Of a stretch of DNA of 64,000 nt, positions 1-11,139 are shown in pieces. The translations under genes were made by a program, and so were the position numbers. The notes under the pieces are model-generated. The model ran no database searches and was not told the origin of the DNA. It was given only the letters and a program-made list of their open reading frames with translations. The stretch is taken from contig NW_027266308.1 of the NCBI RefSeq assembly GCF_022045235.1, positions 65,534,001 through 65,598,000 on the forward strand, read 5' to 3'. This DNA is from Haliotis cracherodii. Lineage: Eukaryota. Within the stretch, counting starts at the first letter, position 1. Every line of letters begins with the position of its first letter.

Positions 1-86
1 TCACACATTGTAGCCATGTGGGGTATCGAACCCGGGTCTTCGGCGCGACGAGCGAACGCTTTAACCACCATTCTACCCCATCGCCC
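1..86 (-). mobile_element. SINE family A (tRNA-headed), partial copy at the window edge
   Basis: Reverse complement of the head of the 19822 copy (GGTTCGATACCCCACATGG, GGTTAAAGCGTTCGCTCG). Confidence 0.75.
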
Positions 87-490
87 TTAGCCTTCATTGT
101 TGTACGAGATCTGCAATACCCTGTTATGTCGATATAGATCAGCGATATTGTCGATATAAGTCCAATCCAGGCTTTGAGTGACTATTATTTATAAAAGCAA
201 CAGTGATAGCTTTTTGTTGTTTAACGCAATATTCCACCTATATGACGGCGGCCTGTAAGTGATCGAGTCTGGACTAGACAAACCGGTGATTGATATTATG
301 AACAACGCCCCACGTGGTCAGGGTCCGTTGAAACGCAATCAACCTTGTGAACGTGTCTGCCACCGTCCCATTTAGTCGCATTTTCGAACCAGCTTCGGTT
401 GCTGGGAGCCGAAATACACACGAACATACTGTTAGTTTTGTTGCATGTTATTTTTCAATTATCAACAATTGGTCCCGCATTCCAGTATTC

Positions 491-890
491 AGGACAAGTA
501 TGGGTTGCTGAAGACCTATTCTACCCCGGATCTTCATGGGGAGACAAGTATGTGTAGCTGAAGACCTATTGTACCCCGGATCTTCACGGGGAGACAAGTA
601 TGGGTAGCTGAAGACCTATTCTACCCCAGATCTTCACGGGGAGACAAGTATGGGTAGCTGAAGATCTATTCTACCCCAGATCTTCACGGGGAGACAAGTA
701 TGTGTAGCTGAAGACCTATTCTACCCCAGATCTTCACGGGGAGACAAGTATGTGTAGCTGAAGACCTATTCTACCCCAGATCTTCACGGGGAGACAAGTA
801 TGGGTTGCAGAAGACCTATTGTACCCCGGATCTTCACGGGGAGACAAGTATGTGTAGCTGAAGACCTATTCTACCCCGGATCCTCACGGG
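491..890. repeat. 8 x 50-bp tandem array derived from the family B 5' end
   Basis: Unit GAGACAAGTATGGGTAGCTGAAGACCTATTCTACCCCAGATCTTCACGGG with an exact 50-nt period. Confidence 0.92.
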
Positions 891-1129
891 TTTGAGGCAT
901 ATGAATCGTATTAAAAAACATGGAAGTAAATCATCTGGAGATGTTTTCAAGAAAAATAATAAATATTTTTTGGCTGACAAACGCAAATTGTTATAATTAA
1001 TAATCATTCACTGGCACATTTGTATTTCACGGCATTTATATTTCTGCTGCACAGAGCAATCATAGCTCTACGAGTCGTGGATAGTTTTATATGTCGTAAG
1101 TCTTAGTATGGAAGAGACGACCGCTTGAA

Positions 1130-1390
1130 GGGTTAGATGCGTTTGTGGAAAGGGGTCGTCTAAGGCCCCGCGATTCGCTGTGCAGAGTTGCGTCCCTTGG
1201 GCACGCTAGCAACCTAGGATTGTGGGTTCGAATCCCGGTTCGCCCCGATTATGTTTCTACGTTTGTCAGCACCATACCCCTTTTTGTGGGTTTCACCGAA
1301 GTAGTAAACGGCTTTCCTCACTCATTAAGCTGACACGCCGCGATGTAACTGGAATACTGTTAAAAGCGGCGTTAAACCCAACTCACTCAT
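1130..1390 (+). mobile_element. SINE family D: tRNA-like B box, different body, shared tail
   Basis: GGGTTCGAATCCC B box ~1224; tail GGAATACTGTTAAAAGCGGCGTTAAAC..ACTCACTCA like family A. Confidence 0.55.
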
Positions 1391-2576
1391 TCTTAGAATA
1401 GACGCAACGCATTGAGACCATGCTTTTAATCGAACCCTAGTTTCGGGTTAACGACCAACCAAGAAACGTTTTAGTTTCTTGCAAAATCCCACTCTTATGT
1501 AATATAACAAAAAAAGTCATTAGGGATCCTCAACAACGTTCTTAACACCACACTTTAGCCGTCATCACTACTATTGCATGTTTGTCACGGCCAAGAGACG
1601 TTGCGTAATTCGTACGGCCGCATAAGAACTGCTGAGTCGGCGAAAGGTGAAGGAGCGTTAAGCAAAAGCTACTTACATACCTGTCGATACTCATTGTGTT
1701 TATTTCAAGTGAAGGCAGGTGCTTACTCACCGACACTTGTAGGTCAGCGAGTGTGCACAAACAGTATTGTAAGAAACAGTATGTAAGGCGCATATAAAGT
1801 ATTTAAGTCACGAAGGAGAACATCGGAATAACAGGAGAGGCTTGGACCCTAGCCAGACCGGCAACTGACGCTAAATAAGCGCTATATATGTGTTGTACAT
1901 GTCTGGTGTCTCTGTGTGCAATAGGGTGGTGTAATGTGTATTTGTGTTCAAGGACATAATAACTGAACCGATAAAAATGAACATGAGATTTGTACAGCCA
2001 TCGTGTCTTCATTTAGACCTCGAAGTCATGTGGCCGATCGAAAATATATCGTGTTATCCGTTCCTCGAGACAAGCGCCCACATTAGACGTTATTGTTCTG
2101 CGGGGACAATATATAGCGTTACATCGCCTATATAGATCATCCCAACCTGGCCTCAGCTGGAGATATCCTTGGGTGAGATCAGGCAATCTCTCCGAGATAT
2201 CGCGGCAATGAAATTGCATCACAATGCTTTGTAGACCATCACAAACTGTATAATGACATCACTTATCTCTCTGCCACTGAAGCTGGTGAGCAGTGGGTCT
2301 TTTTTAGTTAGAATGATATTTGGTGATAAAATAGAATCTCACCCGAGTGTCTTTTGATATCCGCAAGCCTCGGAGTATGATACTGATATATTTGATATCA
2401 AAAGTACACACGGGTGAGGTTCTATACGTATAAGCAATCCATCCCTCAGAAAGTTGGTGAATGTTGTTTTACACCGCAATCAGCAATATCCCACCTGTAC
2501 CACAGCCTGGCCCAAACAAACCAGTGGTTGAGAACATGAGTAACGATTCCTCGGGGTATGATGCCAGACTTTATAA

Positions 2577-3565
2577 CCACCTAATCCTCACTCTATCTAT
2601 ATGCACCTAATCCTCACTTTAAAGCCACCCAATCCTCACTTTATGGCCTCCCAATCACCACTTAATAGCCACCCAATCCTAACTTTATAGCCATCTAATC
2701 CTCCCTTTATAGCCTCCGAATCCTCATCTATAGCCTCCTAATCCTCACTTTATAGCCACCCAATCCTCACTTTATAGCCATCTAATCCTCACTTAATAGC
2801 CTCCCAATCCTAATTTTATAGCCACCCAATCCTCACTTTATAGCCACCCAATCCTCACTTTATAGCCACCCAATCCTCACTTTATGGCCGTCTTATCCTC
2901 CCTTTATAGCTTCCCAATCCTAAATTTATAGCCACCCAATCCTCACTTTATAGCCACCCAATCCTTACTTTATTGCCATCTCACCCTCCCTGTATAGCCT
3001 CCCAATCCTCTTTTATAGCCACCTAATCCACACTTATTAGACACCCGATCCTCACTTTATAGCCACCTAATCTTCACTTTATAGCCTCCAAATCCTCACT
3101 TCACTTTATATCCACCTAATCCTAACTTTATAGCCATCTAATCCTCTCTTTATAGCCTCCCAATCCTCATTTTACAGCCTCCCATTCCTCACTTTATATC
3201 CACCCAATCCTAACTTTATGACCATCTAATCCTCCCTTTATAGCCTCCCAATCCTCATTCAATAGTCACCTAATCCACACTTTATAGCCACCTAATCTTC
3301 ACTTTATAGACACCCAATCTTCACTTTATAGCCGCCCAATCCTCACTTCACTTTATAGCCACCTAATCCTCACTACAAAGCCACCCATGCCTCACTTTAT
3401 AACCACCTCCCGACATGGGTACAGTGTGTGAAGCCATTTCTGGTGTCCTCCGCCGTGATATTGCTGGAATATTGCTAAAAGCGGCGTAAACCCATACTCG
3501 CCTACTCACCCTATTCTTACTGTATAGCCCCCAATCCTCACTTTATGACCATTCAATCCTCACTG
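2577..3565. repeat. 22-bp minisatellite (GCCACCCAATCCTCACTTTATA)n
   Basis: Period 22 (GCCACC at 2821, 2843, 2865); interrupted by a SINE at 3409. Confidence 0.92.
3409..3510 (+). mobile_element. SINE family A, 5'-truncated, inserted in the 22-bp minisatellite
   Basis: CCCGACATGGGTACAGTGTGTGAAGCC..GCTGGAATATTGCTAAAAGCGGCGTAAAC. Confidence 0.8.
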
Positions 3566-4009
3566 TAATCGTCCCTCCCGACAAACATAGGGAACTGTGG
3601 ACCTATTCCACATAGGGACATTGCATAGGTAGCTTTACAGTTATTGTTAAATATAATGGTACATATATTTATTCGTGTCGGCTTAGAGTCGGCTTAGAGA
3701 TATATTCACCTGAGCGTCTATTCCGTCAGCAGTCATATTGGAGTGTGACATCGTGTGGTCGCGTTAAACCAACACAAGCTGGTAATGCGATAGTATATGC
3801 AAGTCACGTGATCAGGGAAATGGGTTGCAGGGTTTATTTACAGTTACTGTCACATGGATCAATACATGGCTAACCACATGGTACACACAAGATTCGCTTT
3901 CCGATGTGCGAGGCATTTCTTTGATAGCCGTCCATCCAATACATTCTTTGACTGCCGTCAACTATGGATCCGTTGACTGTCTTTCCCAATGCATTCTTTT
4001 ACTACCCTC

Positions 4010-6217
4010 CCAATGCATTATTTGACTACCCTCCCAATGCATTGTTTGACTGCCGCCCACCCCATGATCCATTGGCCGTTCTCCCAGTGCATTATTTGAC
4101 TGCCGCCCATCCCATGATCCATTGACCGTTCTCCCAGTGCATTATTTTACTGCCGCATATCCCATGATCCATTGACCGTTCTCCCAGTGCATTATTTTAC
4201 TGCCGCATATCCCATGATCCATTGACCGTTCTCCCAGTGCATTATTTTACTGCCGCCCACCCCATGGATCTATTGACCGTTCTTCCAGTGCATTATTTTA
4301 CTGCCGCCCACCCCATGATCTATTGACCGTTCTCCCAGTGCATTGTTTGACTGCCGCCCACCCCATGATCTATTGACCGTTCTCCCAGTGCATTATTTGA
4401 CTGCCGCCCATCCCATGATCTATTGACCGTTCTCCCAGTGCATTGTTTGACTGCCGCCCATCCCATGGATCTATTGACCGTTCTCCCAGTGCATTGTTTG
4501 ACTGCCGCCCATCCCATGGATCTATTGACCGTTCTCCCAGTGCATTGTTTGACTGCCGCCCACCCCATGATCTATTGACCGTTCTCCCAGTGCATTATTT
4601 GACTGCCGCCCACCCCATGGATCTATTGACCGTTCTCCCAGTGCATTGTTTGACTGCCGCCCACCCTATGGATCCATTGACCGTTCTCCCAGTGCATTAT
4701 TTGACTGCCGCATACCCCATGGATCTATTGACCGTTCTCCCAGTGCATTATTTGACTGCCGCCCACCCCATGGATCTATTGACCGTTCTCCCAGTGCATT
4801 GTTTGACTGCCGCCCACCCTATGGATCCATTGACCGTTCTCCCAGTGCATTATTTGACTGCAGCATACCCTATGGATCCATTGACCGTTCTCCCAGGACA
4901 TTATTTGACTGCCGCCCACCCCATGGATCCATTGACCGTTCTCCCAGTGCATTATTTGACTGCCGCCCACCCCATGGATCTATTGACCATTCTCCCAGTG
5001 CATTGTTTGACTGCCGCCCACCCTATGGATCCATTGACCGTTCTCCCTGTGCATTATTTGACTGCCGCATATCCCATGGATCTATTGACCGTTCTCCCAG
5101 TGCATTGTTTGACTGCCGCCCATCCCATGGATCCATTGACCGTTCTCCCAGTGCATTGTTTGACTGCCGCCCACCCCATGGATCCATTGACCGTTCTCCC
5201 AGTGCATTATTTGACTGCCGCCCATCCCATGGATCTATTGACCGTTCTCCCAGTGCATTATTTGACTGCTGCCCACCCCATGATCCATTGACCGTTCTCC
5301 CAGTGCATTATTTGACTGCCGCATATCCCATGGATCTATTGACCGTTCTCCCAGTGCATTATTTGACTGCCGCATATCCCATGGATCCATTGACCGTTCT
5401 CCCAGTGCATTATTTGACTGCCGCATATCCCATGGATCTATTGACCGTTCTCCCAGTGCATTGTTTGACTGCCGCATATCCCATGGATCTATTGACCGTT
5501 CTCCCAGTGCATTATTTGACTGCCGCATATCCCATGGATCCATTGACCGTTCTCCCAGTGCATTATTTGACTGCCGCCCACCCCATGGATCCATTGACCG
5601 TTCTCCCAGTGCATTGTTTGACTGCTGCCCACCCCATGGATCCATTGACCGTTCTCCCAGTGCATTATTTGACTGCCGCCCACCCCATGGATCTATTGAC
5701 CGTTCTTCCAGTGCATTATTTGACTGCTGCCCACCCCATGATCCATTGACCGTTCTCCCAGTGCATTATTTGACTGCCGCCCACCCCATGGATCTATTGA
5801 CCGTTCTCCCAGTGCATTGTTTGACTGCCGCCCACCCCATGGATCTATTGACCGTTCTCCCAGTGCATTATTTGACTGCCGCCCACCCCATGGATCTATT
5901 GACCGTTCTCCCAGTGCATTGTTTGACTGCTGCCCACCCCATGATCCATTGACCGTTCTCCCTGTGCATTGTTTGACTGCCGCATGTCCCATGGATCCAT
6001 TGACCGTTCTCCCAGTGCATTATTTGACTGCCGCATGTCCCATGGATCCATTGACCGTTCTCCCAGTGCATTGTTTGACTGCTGCCCACCCCATGATCCA
6101 TTGACCGTTCTCCCAGTGCATTATTTGACTGCCACCCACCCCATGATCCATTGATCGTTCTTACCATGGATCTATTGATTGTCCTCACCATGGATCCATT
6201 GACCGTTCTACCAATGC
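4010..6217. repeat. 50/51-bp minisatellite, ~2.2 kb
   Basis: Unit CCCATGGATCTATTGACCGTTCTCCCAGTGCATTATTTGACTGCCGCCCAC; produces 17-aa periodic spurious ORFs. Confidence 0.95.
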
Positions 6218-7454
6218 ATGCTTGGGCAGAGACAAGTATTGCGAAACAAGCAAATTGTTATGTGTTTTTCATGTACTTGTAAGGGGCAGCATATCTGCAC
6301 GTGTACACAACAGACGTGTTGCGAAACTAAGATATCGTTTTTAGTTTCAACTAATCATTAAACCCGCGTTCGTGTCACTGTATTGTCTGGTTCACTATCA
6401 GTTGAGTCTGGTCAAGACTAGTTTGTTTACAAACCCTGTGTGTAGGCAACAAGAACACACTAATAATTTTAAGGCAGGACATGCTTACCCTTTTCTCGAA
6501 CACCTGTTGTCAACACTAATTTTCAGTGATCTATTCATATCATTTTCTCCGCTATTTCTCTTTTACGCCTAGTGGAATCTGTTTCGACAGATAATCGAGA
6601 CTGATTATTCTCTAGCGTTGATGTTTTATATTTTGACTACGCTCCCAATGGATCGGTGTATAAGTCCCTTACAATGCAATCCTGGACTGCCCTCTCGATG
6701 CATTCTTTGACGCACGCACCCACACCCCTTCTGCTTTAATGCACTCTTTGCCTTGGTGAATTTCATTGACTGCTCCCCCAATGCATTCCTGCGATGAAAC
6801 GGACGCCTCCCCCTAGACAGTATAATGATACTGGTATATGCATGCACCGTCATCTTTGGGAGTATAAATAGATGATTGATGTTTGTCATTGGTTTAGGAT
6901 TGCATTATTGGGGGAAAGTTTCTAATTTGTAAAATGAGGAGCCAAAGAATCTATACTTCTCAGTTGATGTTATCATATGTTTGATTATCAAATAAAAATA
7001 TCTTAAGTAAGCGATATTATATCCAAACATGGGGGTGCCTACTTCTTGTGAGTTCAACGAGTTCAAAGCTATAGTCATGCAATGCAGCCATGGCGACAAC
7101 AGTGAATGAGTGATTGAGTGAGTATAGTTTTACGCCGCTTTCAGCAATATTCCAGCAATATCACGCTTGGACACTAGGCTACCCGACCGCCCCGGCGACA
7201 ACAGACTTATGCACAGGAGCATTGTCCTGGTGGAACAACAACCTTAAATAATGATTTTTCTCCGACGTTTTGCCTTCATATTCAAAGCAGATGCCCAGTT
7301 CCTCGTCGTCCGTCAGTCATGATATTTTTAAATTCATTTACCTGTTGAGGCAGCTGAAAGTCTTCCTGATCTTGCGTCATCTTCGAGGCCGTACTCTTGA
7401 ACTGCACTGTCCGTCTCTTGGCAGAGGCTAAGTAAGGAGCATCACTCCCTAGTC

Positions 7455-8030
7455 GAGACTCGATTACTTTCAAACCGCCGTCATATAGCTGGAATATTGC
7501 TGAGTGCGGCGTAAAACAACAAACAAACAAAACAAACCATGAGTTCAGTGAGTATGTAGGTTATTGTTTATCTAGCTTCACTGATCACGAATATTGAATA
7601 GCATCATAAAATGCCACAGCCCAACCGTTACTAGGTTTCTATACTTGAGACTGAAATACATATACCCTCACAATGGCGGTGTTAGACAACCGTCGCATAT
7701 AACCAGTCCACGTGTTGCTAAGAACAGGGTCACATTCACACCAAGCACCATGCAGCAAGACAGTGCCCCCACCCCCCTGGATTTTTTTTTTTTTATAGAA
7801 AACAGTTTTATTTGTATCAAATTGGGGACAAGTGATACTTGTACAAATATTTGCCGTGTGGTCAGGCTCGCTGACTTCTTTGATGGATATCATCGTATTC
7901 CAAATATGTGGATCGATGCTCATGATATCAATCACTGGATTGTCTGGTCCAGACTCGATTATTTACAGACCGCCGTCATAAGGCTGGAATATTGTTGAGT
8001 ACAGCGTTAAACAACAAAGAAACAAACAAA
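7455..8030 (+). mobile_element. Two 5'-truncated family B copies (7455-7537, 7857-8030)
   Basis: Shared body GACTCGATTATTTACAGACCGCCGTCATA and AAAC-rich tail. Confidence 0.75.
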
Positions 8031-9104
8031 ACTTAAGCATGATGAAAGTTTTGTTATAAATAAACCACAGTATAGTGTAGATAAGGGACTGTACAACGAA
8101 TATATGATTCATAAACAGGATATGTTGAAGCAAATAACTAGCGTAGCCAAGCGAGACTAAACGTATGTAAAACTCAACGTTATGGAGCCAGCTCCATTTT
8201 GTTTACTTAATCTAGATTATGAACAAACATTTTGATTCGTCACCAAAACAAAGAGTTATTATCAGAGGAGCAATGCGAGTGCGGGGGTGGAATGTAGGTA
8301 TGTGTCTACACCGCTGTGACACCGAGGACAGATAGCAAGGACCTTGAATGGCGTTATCTGACCGGAGACAATGTGTATGTGACGAGAAGCAGCTACCACT
8401 CTTGGTTACCACGGACAGGTGAGACAGGACAAGTGTCAGGTGTACATTTACCTACTCGTGAATTGTTGAATAAAGTCACCTTCGAATTATGATAATGAGT
8501 ATTGAATATTAACATGAGAATTGATATATCTTTAGACTTAAGATTGGTTTAGGGAGGCACAGAAAATAGACTCAGATGAAGTCTCTTATAACCTATATTT
8601 TTGGCTACATCAAAATTTAATGTTTCAAGGTCGTTGCACAGACGATGGGTTGAGAATTGGGGGTTGGGTTAATTTGTGTGTTGTGGCTTGAGTCTAAAGG
8701 TGAGCGCTCAGATTGAGTATAGAGTTTGGGACTGAGGTTGTAAGGGTTGTGGGTGGGTGTAAAGTGAAACACAACTTGGGCTTCTACCCGACTACCTAAC
8801 ACTGGGGGTAAAATGTTGAGGGTGGGGCTGAGGGCGAATGTGGAGGGTGGGTGTTAAGGGTGGGGCTGGGCTGAGTTTTGAGGGTGGTGACTGAATGTTA
8901 GCGTTGACAGTGAGGCTGAGGGGGGAGTGTTTAGGTGTGACTGTGTGGCTGTGTTTATGAGGGTGGATACTGTTGGGTGTTAAGGGTTGGCTGAGGGTAA
9001 GTGTTGTGATCGGGATTAAGGCCGAGTGTTGAGGTCTGGACTGGGGGTGAGTGTTGAGGTCGGGATTAGGCTGAGCTTGAGTGTGAGTGTTTGAGGGTGA
9101 GCGT

Positions 9105-9692
9105 TGTGGATGAGCGTTGAGAGTGAGCTGAGGGCTAGGTTGAGAGTGAGCTGAGGGCTGGGTTGAGGATGAACGTTGAGGGCTGGGATAGGTGAACGTT
9201 GAGGGCTGGGTTGAGGTTTGGGTTGAGGGTGAACGTTGAGGACTGGGTTGAGGGTTGGGTTGAGGTTGAACGTTGCGGGCTCGGTTGAGGTTGAACGTTG
9301 AGGGTTGGGTTGAGGGTGAACGTTGAGCGCTGGGTTGAGGTTGAACGTTGAGGGCTGGGTTGAGGGTGAACGCTGAGGGCTGGGTTGAGGTTGAACGTTG
9401 AGGGTTGGGTTGAGGGTGAACGTTGAGGGTTGGGTTGAGGTTGAACGTTGAGGGCTGGGTTGAGGTTGAACGTTGAGGGCTGGGCTGAGGGTGAACGTTA
9501 AGGGCTGGGTTGAGGGTGAACGTTGAGGGCTGGGTTGAGGGTGAACGTTGAGGGCTGGGTTGAGGGTGAACGTTGAGGGCTGGGTTGAGGGTGAACGTTG
9601 AGGGCTGGGTTGAGGGTGAACGTTGAGGGCTGGGTTGAGGGTTAGCGTTGAGGGCTGGGTTGAGGTTGAACGTTGAGGGTTGGGTTGAGGGT
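9105..9692. repeat. 25-bp G-rich minisatellite (GAGGGCTGGGTTGAGGGTGAACGTT)n with a degenerate G-rich lead-in from ~8800
   Basis: Direct reading; strong G/T strand skew. Confidence 0.9.
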
Positions 9693-10040
9693 GTTGACTG
9701 TCAGTGTTGAGAGAACCTGAAGGTCAGTACCGACAGCTCATATTTCCACTCTTGATTGCAATGCACTAAGGTGACCTCCGTGGGTGGGTTGTGGTTTGTT
9801 TCTTGAATATAAATCTCTTGTAGTTTAAATCAAGTTATGACTGTCTGTCTTACTTAGTAGGTAATATAGTAGGAGTAGCCGGTAAGTACAGGGATATAAA
9901 TCAAGATGTACTCTAGAATTCCGAACTCCAGCAGTTTACAACTCCTTTGAAGAAACTATGTCAACACACACTACACTTGTGACGCTATTTGTATTTTGAG
10001 GTTTTAATTTTTTTTAATTTCAATACGGTACTATAAATGT

Positions 10041-10201
10041 NNNNNNNNNNNNNNNNNNNNNNNNNNNNNNNNNNNNNNNNNNNNNNNNNNNNNNNNNNNN
10101 NNNNNNNNNNNNNNNNNNNNNNNNNNNNNNNNNNNNNNNNNNNNNNNNNNNNNNNNNNNNNNNNNNNNNNNNNNNNNNNNNNNNNNNNNNNNNNNNNNNN
10201 N
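10041..10201. other. Assembly gap
   Basis: N run. Confidence 1.
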
Positions 10202-10863
10202 GTATTTCACCCCGATCTTGCATCAGAGAGTGTACTGACTGTGCCCTTCTCGCCCAGGTATCACTCAAGAGTCTTCTTCATTTTTTTATAAATCATATGA
10301 CATCGTCGATAGCAATATGAACCAACACAAAGTCGGGCGTCTGACTCCATAGAATTAAGAGTACCAATCGTCAATGATCTTCATCCATTAACGACTATTA
10401 CAAACCGATGCATAAAGTCGGTTATCAAACGTATCACACGCAATAGTCAAGCATTATTTCGTCGTTTATCGAGGCCCACTTAGACCCTATGTTCACAGCG
10501 ACTTTCAGTAATTCAATAGCCAGTGTTATAAACTGGCCTGGCCGTCAAGCCAGTCGGCCTCAACACAATAATCACGACTCTATACATGGCATTATTTCTC
10601 TAACAAACGAAATCGATGTGAATATTACGAAACGCTACAACGAATATTTGTTGACAGCGATCTATTTCGAAACAACAAAACAATCGTGCTCCGTGAATTG
10701 ATTTGTCGATTACTGACGTGTTGTTCCGAATTTAGCAACGGTCTTCCCCACGTTTCCTTCCATGATACACGTCATTTCTAACTTTGCTGCCCGTCCTACT
10801 GGTACAGCTGGGATTTCATCACAAAGAGACATCTAGAATTCATTTCAGGAAGGGCAAGGTCGC

Positions 10864-11035
10864 TTACCTCATGAATATTCATGACTAAGCGGGCTGCTTA
10901 CGTGATGCGGATATGCCATTGGTTGTTGGCTGGTTAATAAATATGCAAGTAGGGTCAAAGTTGAAGAGGTTATAGTGACGCAAGCCCACTGAATATATAT
11001 ACCGGCAAGTAGACCAGCTGATTTCATAGTCAGTT
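10864..11035 (+). promoter_or_regulatory. Core promoter of bZIP gene 1
   Basis: TATATATA 10994-11001; Inr-like TCATAGT/TCAGTT 11024-11035; TGACGCAA 10976; reverse CCAAT (ATTGG) 10918; TTACGTGA 10898; TTACCTCA 10864; 16-bp palindrome TCATGAATATTCATGA 10869-10884. Confidence 0.65.
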
Positions 11036-11139
11036 TAAGTTTCCTCGTTGATCGGACGGATATTTACCCTGACAGTTCACTCTAAACAACACTGGATTTT
11101 ATTCTGTTTGATCTCTGTATTTAAAAGCTTCATTTCAAG

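Noticed and set aside
2332-2424. ~30-bp inverted-repeat hairpin
   Set aside because: Likely a collapsed MITE remnant; single copy with no clear TSD.
4320-6191. ORFs of up to 367 aa
   Set aside because: Translations of the 51-bp satellite, open in several frames and on both strands.
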